A stretch of 36,606 nt of DNA from a virus (lineage: Duplodnaviria > Caudoviricetes). The DNA lies in the IMG/VR virus record IMGVR_UViG_3300020161_000625, positions 1-36,606 of that record, one strand, 5' to 3'. Positions 15,001 to 19,599 of the stretch are shown in pieces (the first letter of the stretch is position 1; every line of letters begins with the position of its first letter). The notes under the pieces were generated by a model. The model ran no database searches and was not told the origin of the DNA. It saw nothing but the letters and a program-made list of their open reading frames with translations. Both the position numbers and the translations under genes were made by a program.

Positions 15001-15912
15001 ATCATGAACGTCCCCATCGGACGCACGCATGGCTACGCCACCAACTACGGTGCACCCCTGTGGCACAACAAGTTGTATTACTCTGGCATGCAGGACACCC
15101 TTATCAATCAGGTGTCCCACGACGCCTTTGAAATTCCTGACGTCAGCATGCGTGACGGAAAGTACGTCGTCACGGACAAGAAGACGGGCAAGGTAATCGC
15201 CGAGGGCATCTCGTCGTTCGACGAAGCACAGGAGCGTGCGGCACAGAGTGCCAAGTACCTCGGTGCGGTCCCCATCGTCTCGAACTTCCTCAAGACGTTC
15301 GGCAAGATGGGGGGCTACGCCATGGAGGGCTTCATGATGGCCACTAACAAGAATGAGTCCCAGACGTCTCAGGTCCTCGTGGACACCATGAAGCATGACC
15401 TGATTGCACCTTACACTGGGATGAGCAAGACTGCTGGCATGGCTGGTGCGGCTGGCATGACCCAAAAGATGGGCAGTTCTTTCGGCAACTTCCCGATGCC
15501 TGATGCCAATAGCATGCCCGTCGAAGGCACCAGTGCTGTCAATCGAATCGAGGCTAGGCACGGGGTGTTCGGCCCAGACATGTCCGAAGACACAGTCAAC
15601 ACCGCCCTTGAGCACGCCACGGCCTTGCACGCCATGGGAGTCAGGGCTGGAGCCGACTCCGAGCAGATTGCCGCTGGCTTGCACAGGCTCGGAGGCTTCA
15701 CTGGCCCGATGCTTGTCATCAGACCCAAGTTCCCTACGGCCAACCACATGGCCGAAGCCAAGAAGGCCATCGTCCAAGGCATCCCCTTCATGTCCGTCAG
15801 CGGCGTGGACAAGCCTCAGGTAATGGCCAAGGAAGCCGCCAAGATGTACAAGTGGTACGCAAAGGGTGCCAAGAACCAGAACGAATATGAATCCAGAACC
15901 CAACTTAACTAA
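1..15912 (+). CDS. Giant virion-associated polyvalent protein (5'-truncated, >5,300 aa) with zincin-like metallopeptidase motifs and an LPD23-like region; probable internal/ejection protein
   Basis: Frame is open from base 1. Motifs: HEVLSH (601-618) with downstream EEF; FEFSD...LGKVFGHETMYYYYPEMRDVRV...ILHEAQHVLQ (HExxH at 5032-5046); GH...LGHAR...IEELQSD (12727-12747). Lies just before the lysis genes. Confidence 0.75.
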   Translation, partial: NAAKFLNVTVDPILQMSTAALKHGYKDAAFFAGLGYMNDRERGMVGGAAMGMVWGGYSGAVRHLWSNINGFVQHDRFIKDFDERLLPKLEQGWSPDFAAFARKVVADADLGKSSKTSANARMVLQQMHLMLDAKQKKQVIAGTLPAPEMAKVLAARGVDNPMRYLDPSAKGQFSLVRDTSGNIIPLIWLNPQKYRPADFGHEVLSHMAIWNLQTRGQLGTHLIEFFGIKENEGAITDEKMTEVALRMSLEEALNRKQNMTIEEARQVANEIFNADADTVGSRKYFERAIKEFRSATNFNHFHQTIDINGEQVPAIYASTRGVKGERQSPIQYIFEEFIGKHAENMFIHTNLQDLVLSAEDKPLRMYFERKYTERLARNQTELELAGVIAKYGAPLTKDGRPTIQAMIYDDGVYYRHPAMDNVLKNMLEAARSVNDGPISNLSPEMQLAVAKKHRKEFLFNIRGNGATLKGEKERNEMSANNAKGAFEVIDALPEELKPKITVDEHGNRSADVYTMKDEVIDAMVDGGFLDPESGRVAKVFRDTYMQYESSGFATGNLVYGINIGDSHRTSVGNLFKRIFGDDVPATNRVFVPFELKVYLRTTDGNGKNLRAPRGGFTATVMDYTAIHRRQIKTWSRADVKALWSNIGEFNADFHEYLLNFLKDPANRVDSATLFRPKFGADAEKVRDIMYETFGASKRKDESYFNAPREGYFSSHENPNFPIHSLKLENLIGVERISAAPFPYHHGRSYEPLRRNKSVAGFEEISANMFGNGQGYRVIRERNSESSGWKVFSPFGGLVGRYRDKDKAFKAAQKHLRKDMDPADVLALPSDEEWSQMNRPERLKRIQEDKLNYQQSKILKARGSLSVDGVREGGIGITLQRNEASDFVRKISDPRMIGRGMSLLDFYPESEKQKFRQYAISNGLPERFFESIRIRQDDMPSDKRKVDFALLGSPMEITEHKSDSLPTITFDKAFFDVLSQEKANEVFTGLMESHLSKVARSYHDGNLLTSSVVKRVDSLSIQNRPIQQSIAEGWKLLSDARLEGKELPKEYKAAYDEVVARHEWCEDAKQPRWEQIRNSSSNTEIKKLFDEALLEGNSSVRQAAVNKLDNVFGGIWNKAEHKAVIESLRQLNLVDKEGVAVPVVNAGGLTVFMSPNMDYSRNARVFRKFLESLPESKRADFLWVAKEAFNHTLHQQYSDVQYSALGIDSSGMLDVGANPNVRTGGRQVMPEIEPLAGAARRSNFVSVRYEGDASQLVTGVGIVYKVYNLKRDSVKGGTEVPTGTLQNNAKALAPLPPFSALPNTIVDYLTGARFDKSELPNVARDLSYMLVSSVKESDQNVVKVWSQFAKDNSPMTLARGLFDIALDSGNQASFEMAVSFRKLAMAADENMARSRFASRGYDANHPMYQAELQAAPMRYWHEAVADHNTDAASLWDVGGEKTLIELHYEYGTSSEFHRLFGYNAEALTKRVGASRARQKKFHAAAEQTYKRSFSMGGVDDLSPSRREEVIRSGLAKEIKFGGKNLLVFEFSDADAYLDLSSVQNKPHLLPFAGMPDAEQAFSDYAFEVKRRAADPKSEKYIPFHKQIGKDTTLGKVFGHETMYYYYPEMRDVRVRWVDGHGGYASTLPDGEHIIELGIRSFANSELNMKNDPEGLIFSDPQSATAKHIAQNPLASIILHEAQHVLQYRANMDSEHGHFNQLNREITIGHFANLLGLRTNFADGEAIGKAMKFNSIWSDADITATKDINTLASRIALAKESPVFRELSGNARPLLKTAVRNLSAFVAAEVDAGRMDESLSRRMLALDRAQDGVQNVHDALSTYTEMMAVREELRSKYPSYSANMHFDVDFRAATSALGLVRSVVAIEKATPQQRKLLIRQAFDEFIDLDYIMAPSERMARETENRRMLSQEELAKTPRTYTTDALPQGSVLGIIQRAMDSSTVETTKGLMEKQTASLDAFEKDGYVSPIKTVMMSIGGIEGNATADNTAFTLLGKMSLARFFLSKASTEYTNIRRFFVQQKGWEVVDGKMTLVTGNYVVSGDFDSAVRSLAKKFRPDSVEEGERTAYALGGIAKESGTYTIADIAEIAGIKIESEDILSLGNSVMDKVASDEFPPVFTVKEIKGLLGDYNQESASVVLLDYVVERMNPDRVLTKNDLLNIMAFNHSDMEMLYNVSEMNIGTNRAKQVTGRPVTKEMKMRVLKLYPQQVRSKIVRILEASHDGNHGRPFYGRGKDYKYGRFKVHGGQITFEAPHFNDALSAGIPPADVAAFRERLAKGVSQRIVQHSVNMTKNEAYEIAAKMNDRMVRLSILMEPVMEKAYEFVVQQNNSSPERARILWMSMMEDVEIAALRIAFSDQYSGQKANTMDIYARVGGMEGTVNATEQAARGLQRVFGETSPAAKLRESGGMNQRGRSTTHPVSGLMPSLHMLHGNFLFGSVPAEGFARVESGVTVAPAQAMHLKERKYLGIVSEANMSNQDTGGGLTDYLTGAQHALTEQFKYVHGNWSDGDMGGVMGRMRGYVEAVSKRAENTADMKERLLRVQTGLRMNESRQNLIAGEWQGEQIFKRVDALMADGMSQDQAFASLLNELDRRIEMAKADEADLADILTMQLDSVSLFAANHGAVIADKNGMPRHRGGDEAPIEVMTPHRFVMNSSVQAAGTSAIQIRDKTFVDVDLSLAEPDQPTSVVVPAIGVEQGMPSAVQKQMNMTAHAIEGVITGLIGSAVKRDEQMVLSPLRQNPLMLGYLERLNPENQVAQGDGAEMTTNAYSVIGGQMYASHNTFVSYHDMMTAGSRDLLRFATDNLRDQINTDYQTGGIFGSPAMTRNAFLSGNRLNHGVLGLMIAPYLLAHDSLGFPVTSGENILHRSRGIRTEKFLELVEMAKEADMRDQTKAAAFNSKLTEWIGGMDAGYLQRLLYECSSASVIDGVVLRMNMLQMHVLASEHPTRADRLNKANEMGAIHGFDDFFGDSGLYTSDGLKGKHPEVNRYMHARIKESSLNPDMWRGVFFGLAAAKEIETRRPSLHPYVGHGKVRNRSKVYMQGEETLVYGRPMPSHRRSTSDGLDVDSFPVDRYDSESGFGGAYGTTNKRKSIAQTDIFGLVAGNESTRTHLQSETPVSLFDAIGHHVDSVRQAMPIDVEGTSSGVKDAWYTTDVSGSVITPFTVGTGDRTSNVTVQTRKHPIGVVSRRKLLVNRLAAAAEQLGSAEVSVQPARFTSSKRVQATFKGISTKDRRAEMFYEQDNVAIAFSGQSFVSARYSERDRPSLGFAWKRLEDGRIMLNISPDTNIGGYLDLTNGTEYNTPLGFSHRRTLGWDVESGILTPMSPLAIIRRFASIRDNNPVASRAASHMDFIDPMVRAQYEASAKATAQRVYGGSNIKSMSKQLLSKYGGKGDAIYDAYQRIMSGDRVMDFDDFTNEDAKIARVLAMAEFSSMASPEDGYVSVILPANATMADIQHAFFTQVAHNGLLLTSERYGQNQKNGTFRRGGSGLPADGSPHLNGFATTSEIASVKSAIDNYLAIRIDNRAATKARPSDFGYADTGAQKGTSTTTQSIQISAQRYGLLMPSVFADLGKLHERLTSSEGGYFMPDVERSIALNGDRSAVIDLIMPNSPHLQRYAWDAQGKANVSIIRKSDKSGYLVGHDVVSGVDKAGNPIKTRKVSSFRTESEAKAHADRVSQGGIEAEIPSILFREGQFRLEDIDPSLAHSRTSGKADVNAGLKFNPEFVSDVAETYDGNEKNIFTADGTYFVGNVDKTFASRAEAKAAQEMLLRTEAITGKAPSRDRINLSVGDVGVYEHDIRRGLQFAVGGSYIQFAPKALSILRTAMVPMMERNKSGALKKVKKAVDIATGNEWYEMFMENQVSKAEMRVLGLAEFLYDHKEHKITKQEVAKFIWAMYPTTGRLNHEKLQTPYVGNVTSPTVAIRSAAHRLLAERNRHLKTIEAAIESAPEDQKGEMVAYLANIRKMHDDALKSALEQFYEKDRAEAIGSRPDLLENASDISRDALPKRQTVDMMLNDFRNFDAITEPVMATYRHLFNDAFARARLEASARLSGFDLAIADFRTSDTTLNEISNWGLAMNTSYHGSRIEPPPMRQVTGKGVQNQVTQADASAYGLQHVDSVPDYVGYTSGIGSYRWDTLYTDLEIQKGENYVRSLKDMANLESDPAKKEALLRQHKSAERIMSVRKSAKSATRNSGHKNTPTGTMQLGHARHSDVIVTAYHRANAPIAEVASSLKLSRDTIAVLGIEELQSDPYQGSTFGPKQNAMLGSTFEQVEATSLVSEFRLVEQKIADKENAKANISAPLAYLTHSTKQKHRDALYNFIARYEWDNGTPLFRYLIAKDYLSQNNDTSVTFDHGVRHKISKEVQEQYGIKEDYVPEVVFDLNYDGGVHMILFEKIHEDSQGNMSPIESDLYSLLYGYGNNEHAGLVGTSTRAMFRYSSNTNPHGLATLVATVGLQFNKEFMSKIDELGQYYELDMDSVERPPVDYDKVAMESLLDFRRRVEKATPDSLPSGHPMRANHMLFKQWKSTTLRAVRYLELAYYEEGSQIVDFKNKRTSPHVNRGEYHTADTPELMGSKMPVILSVARINEYVSSAASYSKEKVTIAQAAQNAKKILDRINAGVGHRFLELRPVHQVAFDLRLRAQILGMEPSAFVDHLDRTNYPDSDWPTGSVTKERAEIMRLTLTEPDKVTAEQLEQLDESGHKLLRVTDVDLDSTSGYALSRSRVSQPSHARTMLGRIFENNAPAIINTYLGHTPDPELDGLKARYNELKAKLGDSIAGEFDYPDTIPLGEDNAYRGVMTNWYAMRALQSRKDALVVMDARHHRARYSSNSNFVTLYNLGGGILAPIHTGSMKKRQILAVGYMLHEAKKQKTHGGFIEALHAGQFPDAFLSGQASMEWNGVNNNFKTHMRLAANEIVAQMPELTRDSNTMLINAVDTLMDLVLLGDNRFGNDEINNLNKLIASVRSGRMTKERAIQAIEGMTDGKDIAKRVFTHFEKPQGVIMNVPIGRTHGYATNYGAPLWHNKLYYSGMQDTLINQVSHDAFEIPDVSMRDGKYVVTDKKTGKVIAEGISSFDEAQERAAQSAKYLGAVPIVSNFLKTFGKMGGYAMEGFMMATNKNESQTSQVLVDTMKHDLIAPYTGMSKTAGMAGAAGMTQKMGSSFGNFPMPDANSMPVEGTSAVNRIEARHGVFGPDMSEDTVNTALEHATALHAMGVRAGADSEQIAAGLHRLGGFTGPMLVIRPKFPTANHMAEAKKAIVQGIPFMSVSGVDKPQVMAKEAAKMYKWYAKGAKNQNEYESRTQLN

Positions 15913-16186
15913 GACGCTTGAGGAACTGAAGGACGGAGGATGGATTGTCGCCATCCTCGGTGCCCTCGGTGCCCTCTGCCGATTGCTCATCAGCGACGAA
16001 TCGTACCCATTGCTTATCTGGGTGCGGCGAATCGCCGCTGGTGGCATCCTTGGCGTCGTCAGTTACTTCGCCTTACACGGGCTAGTTGAGCCAATCTACG
16101 AGGCATGCACCCATTGCATAATCGGTGCCTTCTCGCAGGAGATGCTTAAACTGCTTCAGGACAAAGTGAAGAAACTGAAGGCATGA
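15887..16186 (+). CDS. Holin-like membrane protein (99 aa)
   Basis: Two to three hydrophobic segments and a basic C-terminus (KVKKLKA). ATG at 15887 overlaps the end of the giant gene; stop overlaps the next ATG (ATGA). Confidence 0.6.
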   Translation: MNPEPNLTKTLEELKDGGWIVAILGALGALCRLLISDESYPLLIWVRRIAAGGILGVVSYFALHGLVEPIYEACTHCIIGAFSQEMLKLLQDKVKKLKA

Positions 16187-16893
16187 GGTACTTGCTCATG
16201 TTCCTACTGTGCGGGTGTGCTACCACGCCCCCGCCTGCCCCTGTCGTAGTTCAGAAAGACAACGGCAGGGATGCCTACGTGGACAAGTTGGAGCACGAGG
16301 CCAGCGAGGGTGCCGCCGCTGTGGCTGTGGCCAAGAAGAACGTGGAGGGCAAGGGCAAGCCCCTGCTGGACCTGACCGAGACTAGGCTGTCAGGCATCAA
16401 GAAGCCTACGGCTGAACAGGTGACTAAGTTTGAGGCCACGCTGGCCAACACAAAGGCGTTGGAGACGGAGCAGGCTAAGGCCAAGAAGGTGGACGAAGAC
16501 ACCACCAAGATGGCCAACCGCATCGCTCAAATCGACAAGGAGAACAACGAACTCAAGGAGAGCCTCAAGGCTATGGCCAAGCAGAAGGACTGGGACAAGG
16601 TCGTGGAGAAGTTCCTGCTCATGGCCATGGTGTTCGGGTTCGCTGGTGCGGCGTTCATCGTGGCCAACACCTTCATCGGCAAGGGACTCAAGGCAGGCGT
16701 CACCATGTTCATTCTCTCGTCCGTATGTGCGGCGACACCGTTCGTACTACAGGACATGATTGAGTCTTGGTGGTTCAAGTGGGCCTTCGGATTGTGCGTG
16801 GTGCTCGGCATGGCGTACGGCATGTATGCTGGTCTGCACACGCACAAGGAAGTTAGAACCCGCTTGCGTCCGAAAGACGAGCAATCACAGTAA
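16183..16893 (+). CDS. Lipoprotein with coiled coil and C-terminal transmembrane helices; spanin candidate
   Basis: Signal peptide with lipobox MRYLLMFLLCG/C, Pro-rich linker, K/E/A-rich helical region, about 3 TM segments; adjacent to the holin. Confidence 0.55.
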   Translation: MRYLLMFLLCGCATTPPPAPVVVQKDNGRDAYVDKLEHEASEGAAAVAVAKKNVEGKGKPLLDLTETRLSGIKKPTAEQVTKFEATLANTKALETEQAKAKKVDEDTTKMANRIAQIDKENNELKESLKAMAKQKDWDKVVEKFLLMAMVFGFAGAAFIVANTFIGKGLKAGVTMFILSSVCAATPFVLQDMIESWWFKWAFGLCVVLGMAYGMYAGLHTHKEVRTRLRPKDEQSQ

Positions 16894-16982
16894 TCTGCGT
16901 GTAGGCTGTCGTGGCCTTCATGTATGTGTCGTGGGGTGGCTAAGCCTTAAAGGACCGTTTATCGGTCCGCCTCCACGGGCAC

Positions 16983-17005
16983 AAAAAAGGGACCCGAAGG
17001 TCCCT
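16983..17005 (-). terminator. Intrinsic terminator of the - strand early region (possibly bidirectional)
   Basis: - strand AGGGACC-TTCG-GGTCCCT followed by a T run, between convergent genes. Further hairpins at 16952-16968 and 17008-17032. Confidence 0.8.
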
Positions 17006-17033
17006 GTGTTAATAGCGACTGACGTTATTAACG

Positions 17034-17483
17034 TTAGTTGTTGAGGGCCTTGAAGACGAACGAGATTTGGTCGAGCGTCTCCTTGGGCACCTGAACGAAC
17101 TGCGGCTTCACGGCCTTGGCCTTGACGACTTTCTCGGGCTTCTGGCCCGTAGGGGTCAGATGCGAGACGGTCAGAGGCGAGGCACCGTTGTCCCGACAGA
17201 ACTTCCTGAAGGCGACCTCACGGATGAGGGCGGCTCGCAGGAGGTCCGAGCGGGTGATGCCGTCTTGCAGACACTGTTCTTCGACGAGGCGAACGAGGTC
17301 CTTGGAAACCGCACAGGTCACGTTGACCTGACCGACGAGTTTCTTCAGTTCCTTGTTGTACCTCGGACGCCTGACCTTGCGTTCGGGGTGCTTGAGCCCC
17401 TTTTGCTTGGCCCAATGCGTCTGCATTGGCTGGGTGGAGCCCTCAACGTTGTGCTGGGGCGTGGTGTTTTCTTGCGGGTTCAC
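17034..17483 (-). CDS. Ribbon-helix-helix domain DNA-binding protein
   Basis: VNVTCAVSKDLVRLVEEQCLQDGITRSDLLRAAL fits the beta-alpha-alpha RHH pattern; GTG start after an AC-rich leader. Confidence 0.6.
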   Translation of the reverse strand: MNPQENTTPQHNVEGSTQPMQTHWAKQKGLKHPERKVRRPRYNKELKKLVGQVNVTCAVSKDLVRLVEEQCLQDGITRSDLLRAALIREVAFRKFCRDNGASPLTVSHLTPTGQKPEKVVKAKAVKPQFVQVPKETLDQISFVFKALNN

Positions 17484-17512
17484 GTATGTGCGTGTTCTGG
17501 GTGGAAAGGTTT

Positions 17513-17584
17513 TGGCCCTACTAGGAATCGAACCTAGATTAAGCGTTTAGGAAACGCCTGTCCTATCCGTTGAACGATAAGGCC
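17513..17584 (-). tRNA. tRNA-Arg(CCU), CCA not encoded
   Basis: GGCCTTA-TC-GTTC AACGGATA GGAC-A-GGCGT TT CCT AA ACGCT-TAAT-CTAGG TTCGATT CCTAG-TAGGGCC-A forms a complete cloverleaf. Confidence 0.95.
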
Positions 17585-17592
17585 AAAGTTGG

Positions 17593-18336
17593 TTAGAACG
17601 GAACGTCGTCGCTGGAGACGTCGGGCTTCGCAGAGCCACGGACGTCACGGATGGCGTCGAGGGAGGCACGGAGAGCGAGGTCTACGTCAGGGATAGGCTT
17701 GCCGTTGTAGGACTTCGGTTGCCATTCCTTGATGTACCAATCGAGCGAGTTCTTGGGCAGTTGACCAAGGGTCTGGCCCTTGTTCTTGCCGAAGTGCAGG
17801 ACGGTGTTCAGGGCATCGAGAATGCTCGGGTCGCCGTTGTCCACAGTCTCAACCTTGGGCTCAGCCTTGGGCTTAGAGACGGGCTTGGGGGCCTCGGCCT
17901 TGGGCAGTTGGATGAGTTTAGGTGCAGGAATGGTGCGGGTTTCCCTGTCAGACTCTGCGTCATCATCAGCCGTAGCCAGATTTGCCACGGCGGCTATGGA
18001 GTACCTTCTCAAGTACGAGACCAAAGAGCCGATGTCCTGACCCTTGACGCCTTCAGCGACGGGCATGAGGATGGTGCGGGAGACGTATCCGCCATCCTTG
18101 TGGATGACCATGGTCTCGACGCCGACCTCGCCACGATTGACGCTGTTCGACACAGGGAACTGCACGATGGCGAGTCCATGCTGGGCGAAGATTGCCTTGG
18201 TGGCCGAAATATGGGCCCCGAGGGTGGCGTAGGCGTTCTTATGGAACGGGTTCTCGGCGTCTGCTACCACGTCACGGGTGCGGGCGACGGCTTCGGCGTA
18301 GGCCTTAGCGAATTCTGGTGTGATGTTCGTGCTCAT
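17593..18336 (-). CDS. erf: ERF-family single-strand annealing recombinase with a small C-terminal FGKxKG domain and SSB-like acidic tail
   Basis: NPFHKNAYATL, HGLAIVQ, QDIGSLVSYLRRYSIAAVANLATADDDAE; C-terminal LHFGKNKGQTLGQLP...LDWY; ends DDVPF. Confidence 0.9.
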   Translation of the reverse strand: MSTNITPEFAKAYAEAVARTRDVVADAENPFHKNAYATLGAHISATKAIFAQHGLAIVQFPVSNSVNRGEVGVETMVIHKDGGYVSRTILMPVAEGVKGQDIGSLVSYLRRYSIAAVANLATADDDAESDRETRTIPAPKLIQLPKAEAPKPVSKPKAEPKVETVDNGDPSILDALNTVLHFGKNKGQTLGQLPKNSLDWYIKEWQPKSYNGKPIPDVDLALRASLDAIRDVRGSAKPDVSSDDVPF

Positions 18337-18554
18337 TATTTGGTCTGGGTGGTGATGGTGAAGGATTGGCTGTCGTTGTTGACGTGGTTGATGAGGATGA
18401 GCCTCATGTAGTCGGCTCGGGAGATGCCGATTTTCTCGGCGGTCTCGGAGAGACGCTTGGAGACTTCGGGCGGGACTTTTACCCAGAGGAGTCTGGGCCT
18501 AGTCCTCATGAGGGTTCGTTCCTCGTCGGACTTACGTTCGTTGTTTGTTTTCAT
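18336..18554 (-). CDS. Ribbon-helix-helix (CopG-like) transcriptional regulator
   Basis: LLWVKVPPEVSKRLSETAEKIGISRADYMRLIL; coupled to its neighbours by overlapping start/stop codons. Confidence 0.75.
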   Translation of the reverse strand: MKTNNERKSDEERTLMRTRPRLLWVKVPPEVSKRLSETAEKIGISRADYMRLILINHVNNDSQSFTITTQTK

Positions 18555-18859
18555 TTTGCGGGTTGGGAAAAGAGTTCCTTGAGGTGCTTGGTCAGTTCAG
18601 GGCCACGAACCTTCGGGTTCTTCCACGAGATGTAGTTCAGCCCAGTGTAATGGGACTGCCACTTGTGGCCGTAGATTTTCATGGCGTTGGAGAGCGAGCC
18701 CCACGAGGTGTAGCCTTCTTTGTACAGTTCGTTGCAGAGCCTGTAAAGGTTGTCATCGTTGGCGATGACGTGGGCCGTCCAGTAGGTCTCGTAGTTAGCC
18801 CAGCCATTGTAGGGCTGGTCTGGCACGGAAGGCTTGGTGATGTTCTTAGGAGAGTCCAT
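18551..18859 (-). CDS. Conserved phage hypothetical protein (YNGWxNYET family), 102 aa
   Basis: YNGWANYETYW...IANDDNLY motif; ATG at 18859 directly follows the upstream stop. Confidence 0.7.
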   Translation of the reverse strand: MDSPKNITKPSVPDQPYNGWANYETYWTAHVIANDDNLYRLCNELYKEGYTSWGSLSNAMKIYGHKWQSHYTGLNYISWKNPKVRGPELTKHLKELFSQPAK

Positions 18860-18860
18860 A

Positions 18861-19061
18861 TTAGTCTCTGTAGGTTTCGTTGATGAAGATGTCAAAAGAC
18901 TGCCTGAGCCTGTCGACGCAGATGTCAGAATCCTTTTGCAGGTAGACTGGCTTCTTGCGGTATTCGGCTCGCTTGGCTTTGACGTAATCCTTGAGTTCAA
19001 TCATCAACTTGCACAGGTGCTCGTTGAGGTTGTCTCGGCGTTTTTGTTGTTTCGTGCTCAT
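18861..19061 (-). CDS. Hypothetical protein (66 aa)
   Basis: Preceded by the ACACACATAC-ATG leader; abuts the next gene. Confidence 0.7.
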   Translation of the reverse strand: MSTKQQKRRDNLNEHLCKLMIELKDYVKAKRAEYRKKPVYLQKDSDICVDRLRQSFDIFINETYRD

Positions 19062-19106
19062 GTATGTGTGTGTGGAAATTGGTGGGGGCCTTTCTCCCCC
19101 GATGGA

Positions 19107-19346
19107 TTACTTTGCCTTGGCTTCGAGAGCCTGAACCTTGGCCGTCAGTTCTTCCAGACGCTCGATAAGGGCGTTGTGGAGGTGGATGACAGCAGAGGCC
19201 TTGCTCAGGTCGAGTTGGTCGAACTTGAAGCCCAGACCTTTGATGGTCGGGTTTTCGAGGTTCTGCTTCTCGGCCTTGATGACAGCGATTTCCTTTTCGA
19301 GGTCCTCGATGCGAGCATTGACGGCGTTGATGTTGATTTCGCTCAT
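19107..19346 (-). CDS. Small coiled-coil protein (79 aa)
   Basis: Heptad patterns; AC-rich leader with an upstream hairpin. Confidence 0.75.
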   Translation of the reverse strand: MSEININAVNARIEDLEKEIAVIKAEKQNLENPTIKGLGFKFDQLDLSKASAVIHLHNALIERLEELTAKVQALEAKAK

Positions 19347-19401
19347 GCGTGTGTTGTTGGTTGGTTGTCGGTTATCCCCTGCGTAACAGGGGCGAGATAG
19401 A

Positions 19402-19431
19402 AAGTTGAATAGGTTTTGTAGGTTGATGCAA
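19402..19431 (-). promoter_or_regulatory. Possible internal promoter with CTACAAAA direct repeat
   Basis: - strand TTGCAT-17 bp-TCAACT in an AT-rich gap; CTACAAAA occurs twice nearby; the -10 match is weak. Confidence 0.3.
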
Positions 19432-19599
19432 CTATCTTTTGTAGTTTTTTACAGGTTCCTGTGGCGTCCACTTGTTCTTGGCGTACAACGACTTCCACAT
19501 TTCCCGTATTCTTTCCTGCTCCGTGACCACCATTTTTCTTTCGATTGGGGTCAGCAGTTTGAGGCTCGGCTTGAGTATCTCTGGCCTACGCTTCTTCAC
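19432..19599 (-). CDS. Hypothetical protein (55 aa, MKKRRPEILKPSLKLLTP...), not in the ORF track
   Basis: GTG start overlaps the DnaC-like stop (GTGA) and the ORF fills the gap. Confidence 0.6.
   Translation of the reverse strand: MKKRRPEILKPSLKLLTPIERKMVVTEQERIREMWKSLYAKNKWTPQEPVKNYKR

Noticed and set aside
1-15912. Giant ORF as an N4- or crAss-like virion RNA polymerase
   Set aside because: No DxDGD or T7-type polymerase motif set seen; the recognisable motifs are peptidase- and LPD-like.
14362-16047. Long antisense ORFs (also 1432-2442, 6139-7245, 31774-33120, 34376-35989, 20975-22033)
   Set aside because: Shadows of codon-biased genes on the opposite strand, with no recognisable motifs.
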